Of a stretch of 64,000 bases of DNA, positions 26,986 through 41,800 are shown one piece after another. Both the position numbers and the translations under genes were made by a program. Position 1 is the stretch's first letter. Each line of letters starts with the position of its first letter. Origin of the DNA: Camelus ferus (Eukaryota). A model generated the notes under the pieces. It did no database searches. It had not been told where the DNA came from and was given only the letters and a program-made list of their open reading frames with translations. The stretch is taken from positions 71,178,001-71,242,000 of the forward strand of contig NC_045696.1 in assembly GCF_009834535.1 (NCBI RefSeq). The letters are read 5' to 3'.

Positions 26986-29900
26986 AAGATTTATTTTCTA
27001 AATTCTTATTGGGATTGATGTATTACATTGTGTAAGTTTCATGTGTACATGATATTTGTACTTCTATATACTCTACAGTGTGCTCACCACCAAAAGTTTA
27101 GTTTCCATCTGTCACTGTAGAGTTGATCTGTTTTACCCATTTTGCCCTCTCCCTCAACTCTTTCCCTTCTGGTAACTACTACTCTACTCTCTGTGTCTAC
27201 ATGCTTGTTTTTGTTTGGTTTGGTTTCTTCATTTATTTTGAGTTTTTGTTTATTAGTTTTTAATATTCCAGATATGAGTGAAATCATCCAGTATTTGTCT
27301 TTTTTTTTGTCTGAGTTATTTCACTAAGCATAATACCCTCAAAGTCTCTCCATATAGTCACAAATGGCAAGATTTCATCTTTTTATGGCTGAGTAGTATT
27401 CCATCATATATAAATACCACATTTTCTTTAGCCATTCATTTATTGATAGACACTTAGTTTGCTTCCATATGTTGGCTATTATAAATAGTGCCATGATAAA
27501 TACAGATGTGCATATATCTTTTCGAATTAGTATTTTCATAGTCCTTGAATAAATACCCCAAAGTGGGATAGTTGGATCATATTGTAGTTCTAGTCTTAAT
27601 TTTTTGAGGACTATCCATACTCTCTTCCATAGTGACTGCACCAATTTACATTCCCACCAAGAGTGTATAAGATTTTCCTCTTCTCCGCATCCTCTCCAAC
27701 ACTTTAATTTCTTGTCTTTTTGATAATAGCCAATTTTGTAGGCATGAGGTGATATCTCATTGTGGTTTTGATTTGTATTTCCCTAATAATTAGTGATGCT
27801 AAACATCTTTCCATGTGCCTATTAGCCATCTGTATGTCCTCTTCGAAAAAAATCTTTTTAGTTCCTCTGCCCAGTTTTAAACTGGGCTGTTTGTTTTTGT
27901 GTGTTGAGTTGTATGAGTTCTTTATATATTTTGGATATTAACCCCTTACTGGATATATGATATCCAAATATCTTTTCTCATTCAATAGGGTGTCTTTTTG
28001 TTTTATTGATGGCTTTCTTTGCCGTGCAGAATCTTTCTAGTTTGGTGTAGTTCAATTTGTTTATTTTTGCTTTTGTTTCCCTTGCCTGAGGAGACATCTA
28101 GAAAGACATTGCTAAGACTGATGTCAAAGAGCTTATTACCTAAGTTTTCTTCTAGGAGTTTTATGGTTTAAGGTCTTATATTCAAGTCTTTAATCTATTT
28201 TGGGTTAATTTTTGTGTGTAGTGTGAGATAGTGGTCTAGTTTCACTTTTTTGCATGTGACTGTCCAGTTTTCCCATCACTAGTTATTAAAGAGATTAGCC
28301 TTTCTCCATTGTATATTTTTTGCTCCTTGGTTGCAAATTAATTGTTCACATTTTTGGGGGTCTATTTCTGGGCTCTCAATTCTGTTCCATTGATCTATGT
28401 ATCTGTTCTTCTGTAAGTTCCATGATGTTTTGATTACTACGGCTTTGCAGTATAGTTTGAAATCAGGAAATGTGAGACCTCTAGCTTTGTTCTTTTTTCT
28501 CACAGTTGCTTTGGCTATTTGGGGTCTCTTGTGGTTCCATATAAATTTTAGAATTATTTGTCCTACTTCTGTGAAAAATGTCCTTCTGATTTTAGATTGC
28601 TTTAGGTAATATGAACATTTTGACAATGTTAATCCTTCCAATCCATGAGCATGGAATATCTCTCCATTTCTTTGTGTGTTCTTTAATTTCTTTCAGCAAT
28701 GTCTTACAGTTTTCAGTGTACAGGTCTTTCACCTCTTTGGTTAAAATGATTCATAGGTTATTTTATTCTTTTTGTTGCAGCTGTAAATGGAATTGTTTTC
28801 TTCATTTTTCTTTCTACTAGCTCATTATTAGTGTATAGAAATACAGCAAGTTTTTGTATATTAGTTTTGTATCCTACAAGTTTGCTGTATTTGTTTTTAA
28901 TTTCTAATAATTTTTGATGGAGTCTTCAGGGTTTTCTAATATATATATAATCATTTCATCTGCAAATAGTGACAGTTTTACTTTTTCCTTTCCAATTCTG
29001 ATACCTTTAATTTCTTTTTCTTGCCTAATTGCTCTGGCTAAGACTTTCAATACTGTGTTCAATAAGAGTGGCAAGAGTGGGCAACTCTTGTTCCTGATAT
29101 TAGAAGGATAGCTTTCAATTTTTCACCATTAAATATAATATCAGCTGTGGATTTGTCATATTTGGCCTTTATTATGTTGGGGTATATTCCTTCTATACCC
29201 ACTTTATTGAGAGTTTTTATCATAAATGGGTGTTTAATCTTGTCACATGCTTTTTCTGTGTTTATTGAGATGATAATATGGTTTTTACTTTCATTTTGTT
29301 AATGTAGTGTATCACGTTGATTAATTTGCAGATGTTGAACCATCCTTGCATCCCTGGAATAAATACTACTTGATCATGGTGTGTGATCCTTTTAATATAT
29401 TTTATTTGGTTTACTAATATTTTGTTGAGGATTTTTGTGTCTACATTCATCAGCATTGGCCTATAATTTTCTTTTTTTGTGTGTTTTCTTTGTCTGGTTT
29501 TGGTGTCAGTGATGTTGACCTTGTAAAAGGAGTTAGGAAGCATTCCTTCCTCTTAAAATTTTTTTGGGGGGAAGAGTTTGGGAAGGCTAAGTATTAAATT
29601 TTTTAATGTTTGGTAGAATTCACCTGTGGAGCTGTCTGGTCCTGGTCTTTTGCTTTTTGAGAGCTTTTTGATTACTGTTTCAATCTCTGTACCTGTAATC
29701 AGTCTATTCATATTTTTTATTTCTTCATGATTCACTCTTGGAAGTTTTTATGATTCTAAGAATTTGTCCATCTCTTCTAGGTTGTCCAATTTGTTGGCAT
29801 ATAGAAGTTCATAATATTCTTATAATCCTGTGTATTTCTGTGGTACCTGTTGTTATTTCCTTTCTTTCGTTTCTGATTTTATTTATCAGAGCCTTCTCTC

Positions 29901-32900
29901 TTTTTTTCTTAATGAGTCTAGCAAAAGGTTTGTCAATTTTGTTCATCTTTTCAAAGAATCAGCTCTTTCATTGATATTTTCTATTGTCTTTTATAACTCT
30001 ATTTCATTTATTTCTGCTCTGATCTTTATTATTTTCTTCATGCTACTAACTTTGGGATTCATTTGTTATTATTTTTCATGTTCCTGTAAGTGTAAGGTTA
30101 AATTGTATATTTGAGAGTTTTCTTGCTTCTTGAGGTAGACTTTTATTGCAATAAACATCCGTCTTAGTACTGCTTTTGCTGTATTTCATAGATTTTTGGT
30201 GTGTTGAATTTTCATTTTCATTTGTCTTCTGGTAATTTTTGATTCCTCCTTTGATTTCTTTGTTGACTCAGTAGTTGTTCAGCAGCATGTTGTTCAATCT
30301 CCACATATTCTAATGTTTCATTTAAGGCCATTATTTCCTTGTTGACTTTCTGTCTGGATGACTTATCCATTGATGTAAGAGGGGTGGTAAAAGTTCTTTA
30401 CTGTTATTGTGTTGCTGTCAATTTCTTCCTTTATGTGTTAATAATTGTTTTATATATTTTGATGTTCCTATGTTATGTGCATATATATTAATCGCTGTTA
30501 TGCCTTCTTGATGAATTATCCCCTTTATCATTTTATATTGTCCATAATTGTCTCTTGTTACCTTTTTTGGCTTGAAGTCTATTTTGTCTGATGTGAGTAC
30601 AGCTACACTCATTTTCTTTTGGCTGCTATTTGCTTGGAGTATCATCTTCCATCCCTTCACTTTTAGCCTATGTTTGTCTTTAGAGCCGAGATGAGTCTCC
30701 TGGAGGCAGTATATAGTTGGATCTTGTTTTTCAATCCATCCAGCCACTATGTGTCTTATGATTGGTGAATTCAATCCATTTACATCTAGGGTGATTATTG
30801 ATAAGTGAATACTTACTACTGCCATTTAATCTTTTGTTTTCTGGTTGCTCTATATCTCCATTGTTTCTTTTCCCTTGTATTTATCTCTGCCATTTTGGTT
30901 TGGTGGTTTTCTACGATATTTCTCTCAATTTCCTCTTTTTAAAAAATGTGTCTTAACTCCATTTTTATGTTTTGTGGTTACTTTGAGGTTTGTATAAAGT
31001 GTATCATAGATAAGATAGTTATTTTCTGCTGATAGCATCTTATCTTCATTTGCCTATACAGCTTCCATCTTTTTACTCTTCCCCTTCTATTTTTTTGTTC
31101 TCTCAAATTATCCCTTTTCATGTTATTAGTTTGTTATCAAATTGAAATAGCTGTAGTTATTTTTATGCTTTTATCCCCCTTTTAACCTTTATGCTGTAAC
31201 AAAGTGTTTAAAAACCTATTCTGGATAAAGAGTTACAGTTTTCTAATTCTGTCTATTTATCACCTTGCTCAAACTTCTATATTCTTTTGCTTTTTTTATT
31301 TATGGTAGAAGAGCTCCTTTCAACATCTTTTTTTTTGTAAGGAAGGTCTAGTGTTGATGAATTCCCTCAGCTTTTGTTTGTCTGGAAAAGACTTAGTTTC
31401 TTCTTCATATCTCAATGACAACTTTGCTGGATAGAGTATTCTTAGGTGAGTTTAATCTTTCAGCATTTTGAGAATGTCATTCTAAGGGGGAGGGTACAGC
31501 TCAAGTGGTAGAGTGTGTTCTTAGAATGCATGAGGTCCTGGGTTCAATCTCTAGTACCTCCGTTTAAAAAATTAAATAAACCTAATTCCTCCCCTCTCCC
31601 CTCGACAAAATGGAATGTCATTCTACTCCCTCCTGGCCTGTAGAGTTTTTTTCTGAGAAATATGCTGATAGACTACTGAGGGTTCCTTTGTAGGTCACCA
31701 TTCTTTTTTTCCCTGGCTGCCTTCCTTTGTCATTGACTTTTGACATTGATTTTAATATAATGTGTCTTGGAGAAGGTCTTTTTGCATTGAGGTAAGGAGG
31801 TGTTCTCTTAGTTTCATGAACTTGTGTATCCAGTTCCTTCCCTAAGTTTGGGAAGTTTTCAGTTATTATTTCTTTAAATAAACTCTGTTCCCTCTTCCCT
31901 GTCTTCTCTTTCTGGAATACTCATTTCCCTAATTTGCCCTTCCTAAAAGAGACAGGTAGCTCTTATAGAATGTTCTCATTTTTAAAGTATCTTATTTCTC
32001 TTTCCTCTTCCATTTGTTTCATTTCTAGATTTCTATCTTTGATCTCAATAATTCTCTCTTCCATATGGTTGCTCTATTGTCAAAGCTTTCTTATGCATTC
32101 TTTATCTTGTTTATTAAGTTCTTTAGCCCCAGAATTTCTGTTTGGTTCTTTTTTGAGTTTCAGTCTCTTTGTTAAAGTATTCCTTCTGATCATTACTTAT
32201 ATTTCTGAGCTTATTAAACTATCTTTCTGAGTTTACTTATACCTTGGTGAGTTTCCTCATGACAGTTATTTTGAATCCTCTGTAAGTTAGATAAGTATAC
32301 TGTGATTTTAAGTTTGATTTCTGGAGAATTGTCATTGTCTTTTTGTGGTATGGTGTTGGCTATGATTCTTCATAATGCTGGATAAACTATTCCTCTGCCT
32401 GCACATTTGAAGTAGTGACAGGTTAGAGGCCCTTCTTTTATTTTCCAGTAGGTGGCGCTATAGCACACGGTTTTGGTTTCTCAACCTGGGCTGCCTCTGG
32501 TTTTACTTGTCACCACTTTCCACCCTCCATCTCTGTAAGAGATGTGGCCCTTTGCCTTTGTTTTAGTTTCATGTGCCTCTGGGGTCATTGTTGCCTTGCT
32601 TCTGCCATTCCACTGTCATTGCCTCCTGGTGCACTGAGATGGTGGGCTCTTCCCTTGCCACTGGGATCCCCTGAGTCACCATATCCACTGCAGTAAGAGG
32701 GGAGAGGAGGGAGGGAGGTGGCTGGGTGGGGGGGGCTGGATCACGTAGGTGCCTCTGCCTTGCTGGTGCTTTAAGGTTCATGGGCTCTGCCACTGTAAAC
32801 GGAGGGGCAGGGGCAGGGGTCATGGGCACCTTAGTGGCTGGAGGGTTGGGGTCTCAGGCCCCACTACTGTTGTTGCCCATTTACCTGTGGTTGCTGGGGC

Positions 32901-33193
32901 TGCCAAAGTCCTGTGTCACTTCTCCTGCTTCTACCAGGCTCTCTGGAGCTGCGAACTCAACTGCCATGGTGGGAGGGCCAGAACTGCAGGCACTGACCCT
33001 GCTGTTCCCTCAGTTCTGCCTCCTCTGTGTGTTCCAGCCCACCTACCTTTAGATGTGCAGATGTTTGGAGTTCTCCAGTGTCCCGGTGTGTCAGGCAGAG
33101 GCACCTTTGTTGAATTGTGGATATTGTACTCTCTGTAGATTGAAGGGGAGAGATGAAGGGAGTTTTTGACTCCACCATGTTGCTGACGTTACC
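26986..33193 (-). mobile_element. Near full-length decayed LINE-1 (about 6.2 kb)
   Basis: ORF2 fragments: endonuclease 30418-30825 (SIITLDVNGLNSP, QETH), RT 29262-29735, C-terminal 27375-27644. GC-rich 5'UTR at about 32450-33190. TSD caatcaatt(t/c)tttaa at 26971-26985 and 33194-33208. Confidence 0.9.
31485..31612 (+). mobile_element. tRNA-derived SINE inserted into the long L1
   Basis: Same head; TSD gaatgtcattcta on both sides. Confidence 0.85.
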
Positions 33194-33782
33194 CAATCAA
33201 TTCTTTAATATGTATTCCTTTTTATATTTGTATGAGAGTCATGATTTTGCCTTTTTTCTGGATATTGTCTTTAAACAACCCCTAGAGCTTATTCGGATTT
33301 CACCAGTTAAACACATATCGATTTGTGTGTGTGTGTGTGTGAATAAGCCAGTTTCTGAGGGTTCCAGTGAGAGACAAGGAAATCATGAGAGCTTTGGAAA
33401 ATCTTTTGGCTGATGGTGGCCACAGTGAAGACTGACACCCTGACGTTAAGAGTTATCAAATAGAGTGAAGTAGGATAAGACCTTTGGTGGGCATCTTTCT
33501 GGATTCAGAGTCTAATGCTTTGTTTTTCATGGTCAAGAATTACAATTTCTGCATTCCTTGGCCATGACTTGGATGTGCTAAAACAAGATTAAGAGTTAGA
33601 CAAAATTGGGTTCAGAGTGGTTCTACTACTTACTTGCTATGTGATCCTGGGGAAGGATCTTATTCTCTTTCTACCTGGGTATCCTTATCTGTAAACTGGG
33701 AATAAGGCTAGTATCTACCTCATAGAATTGTTGTGAGGATCAAATAACATATGACTGTAATAGACTTGACATATAGAAAGTA

Positions 33783-34030
33783 CAGTTGACCTTTGAACAA
33801 CTCAGGAACTAATGGCAGCCGCCCTCTGTGCAGTTGAAAATCTGCTTGTAACTTAAGATCGGCTCTCCATATCCATGGTTCCTCTGTGTCTGCAGTTCCG
33901 AATTGGCAGATTCAGCCAACCCCAGATTCAACCAACCTTGGTTTGTGTAGTACTGCAGAATTTACTATTGAACAAAATCTGTATAACTGGACCTGCTCAG
34001 TTCAAACTCATGTTGTTCAAGGGTCAGCTG
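33783..34030. mobile_element. Tigger-family non-autonomous DNA transposon inserted in a MIR
   Basis: TIRs cagttgacctttgaacaac / gttgttcaagggtcagctg, flanked by TA on both sides. Confidence 0.85.
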
Positions 34031-36679
34031 TACTCAGTGAATGATGGCTATTATTATGAAAATAATTTTTCTATGTCCAAATCAAGGAAAGGCCTAAACT
34101 AACAACCTTTTATTGAAAACAGCAGAAGCCACTATGTCTCTGTTTTACTTTAGACCCATCAATACTCAAACATGCAGAATTCTTGTCCTCAACAAGGACC
34201 AATGGAATAATAGTTCATAAACTCATCAACTTCAACACCAGGTCAATGATGAAAATCACAGGTGCATGTTAGTTGATACTTGTTCTTTGTTTTCTTTGCA
34301 ACTTTTATTTTTTTTTATGTAACTATGTCTTTTTAAAAACTAATTAATTAATTTAATTGAAGTATAGTCAGTTTACAATGTTGTGTCAGTTTCTGATATG
34401 CAGCATAATAGTTCAGTCATACACATACATAAATATAATAGTTTTCTTATTCTTAACTATGTCTTTTAATAAAGGCAATTCACTGCATCTATGAATGTAC
34501 TTTTATTTATAAATTTTATAAGGCTCTTCATATAAATAATTTTACAAATCAGAAAAAAAAAATCTAACAATGTGTCCAAATTCTAGTCAGGAAGTTATGG
34601 GCAATGTAGGTATCTGTGCATACTATGCTGTTTTGATGTACCCTAGGGTCACTCAGAGGGGTCTGGTAGGATTCCCACTAGTGGGTGGTGAGGGACTCGA
34701 ATCCAATTCCTTTCTTCAGGTCTTCCCTTCAGGTCTTGCCTTACAAATCACTAAGGACCTGCTAATTTAGGATTGCTAAAATGAGGCATTTGTAAGCTAA
34801 AATTCACGTATTGCTCAAGTGTCCTCAGGATTCAAATTTGGCATTCTACTAAGATCCTATATTCTCTGGGAAAGATAAAAAGCTCCTGCCTGCAGACAGA
34901 CATGGGGACTGTTGGAATTCTCTCAGTTCTCAGGGCTTTTCATCATCAATGTGTTAGCAGCGTTGACCTGAGGTGGTTGAGTTGTTATTATTGCTTTTTA
35001 ATAATGAAGTGCTAGTTTTGTTTCATCATTATCTATTCAGTGTCCTGTGGATTGTTTGATTTCCCCCTTCAGGGTGTTGCAATGCATATTTTCATCAAAA
35101 GTACCTTTGCTTAAAAAAAGTAGTTTTGCCTTGTAGTTCAGGAATGTATACCTTATTGTAAATCCACTTATAAAATGGATGTATACAAATTCCCCCCAAA
35201 TCTGCTTGTGTAGTGATATTATATTGGTGATGAACTTTCAGAGAGTGTAAGCTAGGTACATAACTTTAGTATAATATCAAGACAAGTGTAATAAAAATAT
35301 TGCCTATTTTAGAGTTTATAGGGCATTGTTTTCTAATTTAAAAGACACATGTAAGCTCATATTTTCTTATGTAGTATATACTAAGCCAATCCATATGTAA
35401 TTATAGCAATGTTTGCTGTAATTTTAATTTTCTTCCTTTTCAATTCTGTATTATCAGCAGTTCTTATTCGAGTGAGGCATTATGCATGGGTGAGTAAGAC
35501 GAATTCTATGATCAAAACTCTTTGCAAGATACTGTTCTAAATTCTTTTAGTGGATTATAAATGCTTAGCTTCACAATCCTTAAACATTACACATTAGCAG
35601 CAAAATAACCAACATGGGACTCTTCTTCCAATTTCTCACTTTGCTCATCCAAAGGTCCTGGCTACCCTGATCTACCTCCATAAATGCGGAGCTGTCTCTC
35701 ATGCTTCATCCTAATGTCTCCTGATGATATATCAGTATGATATCCCAGGACACATCTCATCATTATCTCCTCATTCATTTCTCAGCTGGCACAAATGTCA
35801 CTTTCTCAGAGAGGCCTTCCTGGAACATCCTGTTAATTTTTGTGTCATTCTCTGTCCTATTACCCTGGGTTGTTTTTTTTTTTTTTTGTTTTGGTTTTTT
35901 GTTTTGTTTTGTTTTAGAACAATTACTAGTATATGAAATCATTTTACTTAGTCTGTTACTTTAGAAAATCAGTCTCCTCTTGTCTTATTCATTGCCATAT
36001 CCTCAGCACTTGAAAGAATGTTTAGTATGTAAGTAAGCTCTTAGTAATGATTGGCTAAATAATGGATAAGTGCTTTTCTCAGTCATTCATTCCATGTTGT
36101 TGTTCTGGGGACCGGTGATTGGATGGTCCATTGAAGCAGAAGCCCTCATTTAAGCCTAATGGCATGTTGCACTGCCAGCTGACCAGTGGGGATTATCAGC
36201 TACCCCAGCCTTGTATTTAGTTCTTCAGTTGCAGAAAATGAAGCAGGGCTGCTATTCTTCATTGCATCCCCCAACCTCCTCCATCCCCTTGGGAAATAGT
36301 CCAAAGCTCTGGGAACTCGTCTTAGGTGTAATGTCTGAATCCCTGTCTCTTATCAAGGAGCCTGAGCTGGTCTGGCTGTGAGGGTTTTACATGATTAGAA
36401 TTGGTGGAAGCTGTGTGTGAACTGAAGTTGTGAGTGATGTCAACATCAAGGAAGCATGTAGAGCTGACAGGTGAGCAGGGAGCTGAGGTCCATGAGCCCC
36501 CAGTGAGTCATCCAAAGGTGGAGGAGGGCCAGGGGCAGACACACATGAAAGCTAAATATAGGGATCCAGGAGTCAGAGAGACGGGGAGATGGCAGTAGGG
36601 AGCAGCGGAATGAGAGAATAAGCAGGAAGTGGTGGGCAGAGAGAATTTTGTGGTGAGGTTATTTATTTTTTGTTGTCAT

Positions 36680-37325
36680 TTAACACCTTTATTGAGATAT
36701 AATTTATATGCCATAAAATTCACCCATTTGAAGCACACAAATCCGTGATTTTTTGTATATGCAATCATCACCACAGTCTAATTTTAGAACATTTTTTATT
36801 ATCCCCAAAGAAATCCTGTACCCATTAGCATTTATTCCTCACTCACCTGCCCCTTTACCCCACCAAGTCCTAGGCAACCACTAATCTATCTTCTGCCTCT
36901 GTAGATTAGCATATTCTGGACATTTCATGTAAATGGGATTATATAATATGTGGTCTCTTGTGATTGGTTTTTCTTTTACTTAGCATTTTTTCAAGGTTCA
37001 TTTATGTTGTAGCCTGTATCATGTGCTTCATTTCTTTTTATGGCCAAGTATTGTGGCCAAGTAATGTTCCACTGTATGGATATATAACATTTTTTATCCA
37101 TTCATCAGTTGATAGACACTTGGGTTGCTTCCACTTTTTGGCTGTTATAAATAGCATCACTATGAACATTTGAGTACACATTTTTGTGTGAACATATGTT
37201 TTCATTTCTCCTGGGTGTATATCTAGGAATGGAATGGCTAAGTCCTATAGTAATTCTGTATTCAATACTTTGAGGAGCTGCCAGACTGTGCGCCAAAGTG
37301 TCTGCACCATTTTGCATTCTACTGG
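36680..37325 (-). mobile_element. LINE-1 3' fragment
   Basis: Antisense L1 3'UTR motifs. Confidence 0.8.
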
Positions 37326-38469
37326 GGGCTATTTCTGGCAGATGGTTTTATGAGTTTGTTCTGGACACTTGAGCCGCCTGAGTACTACGAGAATGAGCGT
37401 GTTGGGATTCTGCTTGGATCCCACTATTCACTGCCACACAAACCCCTGGATCCCATGAGGCCCATTTGCTGTGATTTTGCCTAAATGTCACCCCGGAGGT
37501 ATATTGTGACCAGTCACATCCCTCCATCTGTTCACACATTCTGCTCACTGCCTCCTCCACATGAAGCTCTCCTAACCCCTAGTTCAGTAGTTCCGGCTCT
37601 GGCTGCACATGATCACATGGGGAGCAGTCAGACATACCAAAGCCAGGGCACATGCCAAAGTTCTGATTTAATTGGTCTGCGGTGAAGCCTGGGCATTAGG
37701 ATTTTTTTTAAAATCTCAGATAATTCTGACATGCAGCCAGGATTGCTCCAGCTAGAAGAATCCTTTCTCCTCACCTCTATAGCAGTTTCTCTTTCATGGC
37801 ACACAACAAAATTTTAAAAACATGTTCTACATTTAATTGAAATCATTTACCATATGTATTTTATTTCTTCAGCTGTGCCGCAAGCTCTTTGAGGACAGGC
37901 CTTGTGCTCGATTCTGCAAGTCTCTAGTAGGGTTACCCAAGGACATTTGTTTATAACCTCACCTGGGCTCAATAAACGTTCATTAAAAGCATACCTGAAG
38001 CCTATCCCCCGCCAAAAAAAACAACTAAAAATAGCAAGAACTGCATGACCTTGGACAAGTTACATAACCTCGGAGCCTCCCATGAAAGACTGGGTTACAA
38101 CAGCCTCCAGCTGGCATTATTGTGGCATAATGCACAGGAGCCAGCCCAGCCACCCTCCTAAACTTGCAGCCCCCTCCCTATATTCCCGTTCTGCCTTCCC
38201 TGATTTGCTTTTTCTCCTTGGTGCTTAGCACATACTCTCTGTTTCACTTGCCATCTTCTTTACTGTCTCCACCCACCCTCAGTGTAAGCTCTTGTGGATA
38301 GAGATTTTTGCCAGTTTGGTTCACTGCTGTACCCTCAGAATTCAGAATAGTGCCTAGCAAATGCTCAATAATATTTGTTAAAATAATAAATATTTTAGCC
38401 TATTTTTAAACAGAGATTTCATCCCTACTCCAGTAACATGAGTTACTTTTTTAGTGAATATTTATAGCC

Positions 38470-38592
38470 TTAATTTTTAAGTTTTTTGGGGGTGGTAGTT
38501 TTTTTATTTTATTTTAATGGAGGTACTGGGGATTGGACCCAGGACCTCATCATGCTAAGCACAGACTCCACCACTGAGCTATACCTTCCCCC
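38470..38592 (-). mobile_element. tRNA-derived SINE (same family)
   Basis: Reverse complement of the SINE head (cactgagctataccttcccc). Confidence 0.8.
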
Positions 38593-38871
38593 TGTAGTCT
38601 TTATTATAAAGCCTTCCTTTTCCAGTAAAAATTATATTTCTAATGTAATCACATAAATACTCTGAATTCATTGTTTTCTGGAAATATAATGTCATTTCTG
38701 AGAGTCTGCAGCAGTGGTTCTGTTTAAGCCCAAGGAGGGCTGGAGAAAGGATTGTGGACACATTTGGGACCATTGTACGCAGACTGGAGCAGAGGAACAG
38801 GGTCTGGGATGATCAGCTGAAGCCGAGGAAACCTGAACACCGAGTGTTCTTGCACTGTTAGAACTCTGCTG

Positions 38872-41800
38872 CTAGGTGTTCTGGAGGACGATGACCGTGG
38901 TGATGAAGGTGGCCGGGAAGAGCAGGTAGAGGCGGAAGAGCAGGGTGTCCATCACGCGGCTGAACTGCATCCACCAGTCAGCTAGTTGGGCCCTTGTCAG
39001 TACTGAGCCCCCATTCGGCTCTGCCTCTCTGGATCCCAGCTCCTTCCCTCCTAGCTCCCCCGGCGCCTTCTGTCCTGTGAAGAAGACAGACTCAGCCATG
39101 AAGTGTGAAGGAGGCAGGATTAGAGAAGTGAGGGACTGGGAAGTTGGGCCTAGTGCAGGGAGTGTGGCCAGTGCAGACTTCCCTTACCAGGCAGGTGGGT
39201 GGGTGTGAGGCCTGGGCTCACATTTTCCTTCCAGAGAGCAATGGGGCAGCACTTCCTTGGGCTGGTGCAGCGCAGAAGCAGGGAATGGAGCCAGCGAGGC
39301 ATGGGTGGGGGCTGGGTGGTGGCCAGGTGCAGCAGGTAGGTGATGAAGATGGTCTCCAGCAGGCTGACCACCATTAGCGACAGACACAGGGCAAAGTAGA
39401 CACTTGGGTGGCAGGAAGGCGTACACTGAGTGAGTTAGGTCCAGAGGAACCACCAAGCCCCTCTTTCCTCTGTCTTACACAGAGAGCCTTTTCTAAGGTG
39501 ACCACTTTCTCGCTTTGCCTCAGCTGCCTCTGCCAATCTAGCCAGTTCACCTGCCTACCCTGCCTCCTTTTTTTCCTTTTTCCAACAGTGGGATGGGGAC
39601 CATACTGAGGAGGGAGGTGCCACTGGCAGGGAGTAAGTTGCTCATCGTGGACAGGAAGACTTTGTAGCCCAGCAGAAGTGTCATCTTGAATGGGGCACAG
39701 TTCCCAGTTTCTGCTGGCAGGAAGAAGCTGAGGGTGTCGATGGCCATCAGAAAACTATTGGGCACCAGAAAGTTGATAGCGTAGAGGGTGGGCCTGTGCC
39801 TTATGGCCACCTTGTGGGGAGGAGAGAGCACTGAGCCAGGGGAGGCTAGGAATAAAGGGAGACCAAGGGGATGATTCCACCCCTTCCTTCCTTGATGTCC
39901 TCACCCAAACAGGGCTCTTTCTGGGGCTGGATGAGGAGCAGCTTTCATATGGCTAACAGGACTCCCCATACTCAGCAAAGAAAACTTAGGCCAGAGCTGG
40001 TAGATTCAGAGAGGAGGGCTGCTTTGGGGGACTCGAGAGAGAGGAAGGCTGTGAGGGTAATGGTGCCTAGGGGCTTTCTGGTCTTAGGGCGAGAAGTGGG
40101 AGGCTCTGGGACTTAGAGGGGTCTAATGAGAGAGGTATGGTGGTGGACAGCCATGCCAGAATCTCTGGCCTTACACAGAACATGATCTGGTCAAAAAAAC
40201 TGGAGCCCACAGACATCTTCGGGGTGGCCTTGTAGATGCACAGGAGCTCCCACTCCCCTTGTGTGTGGCCAGTGTCACGCGAGGTGTCCGTTATCTCCCA
40301 CACTTCCTTGTCCATGCCCAGCAACATGTTTTCCACTGCAGGGGAGACAAACACTCACTTGGCACACATCTGTTCAGCACCCACTCTGAGAGAGATTGCC
40401 CACTAACATGACTTCCTTGCTGCCCAATTGCCTCCTTTCAATTCTGGGCTTTCTCAGGAAGTCTTGTCCCCTCCTATGTTCAACTCCTTCCCACCCCACC
40501 ATCCACACACCCTCATTTAGCAAATACTCCTCTGTCCCTTTTTTATGCATTAAAAAAAAGACTTCTGTGTGCTTTTTTGTTGTCCCACTGGTTGACCTCA
40601 TTTTTTACCCCATGTGAGAACCCCCACTGCAACTCACCTGTGTAGAGGAAAGAGCTGAAGGTGAGCATTTAGTTCTGTTGGTCAAAAGGAAAGTAGAAGA
40701 TGTCCAGGCTGCAGATGCTTGTCACCCGCATTGGTTTGTTATATGCAATGCAACCGTCAATCGTCACATATGTAGAGAGGCCATCCGGGGTCTGATCCAC
40801 ATCCATGGTAAGTAACAGAAAGGAAGGGAGGCAGATGCTCTGGGTTTCACATCAGTTTAAATTTTGCCGTTAAGGCAGTACTTTCCCATGTTGCCACTCC
40901 ACCATCTCTTCTGCCTACTGCTTTCTCATTTCTAGGGGATAAGTTGATGAGCTGCAATTGTGCTCCTCCCTGAAATAAGTTTTCAGTGGCCCAGGTGCCT
41001 GGGTTTGCCCTGCATTGCTCTGGCCTGCTCCTTGCAGAAGGGTCTTCCCCCAGCTCTCCCCCGCCCTGAAACCCATGATTCCACAATGAAGATGTCTGGG
41101 AGCCACAGGTTCTCAGCTGTCACAGTGAGTTTGTTGATATCACCACATTCTTCTGGGTCCCAGCTGATAGATGGGTGACTCCAGATCTAGAGCACAGGGC
41201 CCAAAGGGATGGTTATATCTGAAACCTGGAGCTAGTTTATGTCAATATCTCCTGCCCTTCCAGTCCCTTAAAAATACATACATATGTATGTACTTTTTTT
41301 CTAAATGTATGTACTATGGGTGTATGATAAAACTTCAACCATTCCAGAAAGGTATAATATAAAAAGTAATTTTCTGCCTCCTCAGTTCACTCCAACTCAA
41401 TTCATACCCCCAACTCAGTCCCAATACTAACAGTTTCTTGTATATCATTCTAGGAAAAAAACAGATATTCCAGTATTCATTTTTATTTATACAGATAGAA
41501 TCATACTGTGCACATTGTTATGCATTGTGCTTTGTTTGTTTGTTTGTTTGTTTGTTTATTAAACCACATTTCCTTTTAAACTCTGATTCCTCTTCCCTTT
41601 CTGGTGATAATGTCCCTCTTCTCTGGCTAACAAAATCTTATTGGCCTTTCACTTCCTGCTCAAAGGAACTCTTAAGCTAAGTGCTAGATACATTTGGGAC
41701 TTGAAGCTGATTTAGGGGCTTCCAACTGTATTGCCCTCCTTCCTGTTTTATCCATCTGTCTTTCAAAGTTGATTGGCATTCCAGAAAGCAATTTGTCACC

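Noticed and set aside
32569..33196. Cluster of GC-rich ORFs
   Set aside because: These fall in the 5'UTR of the long L1.
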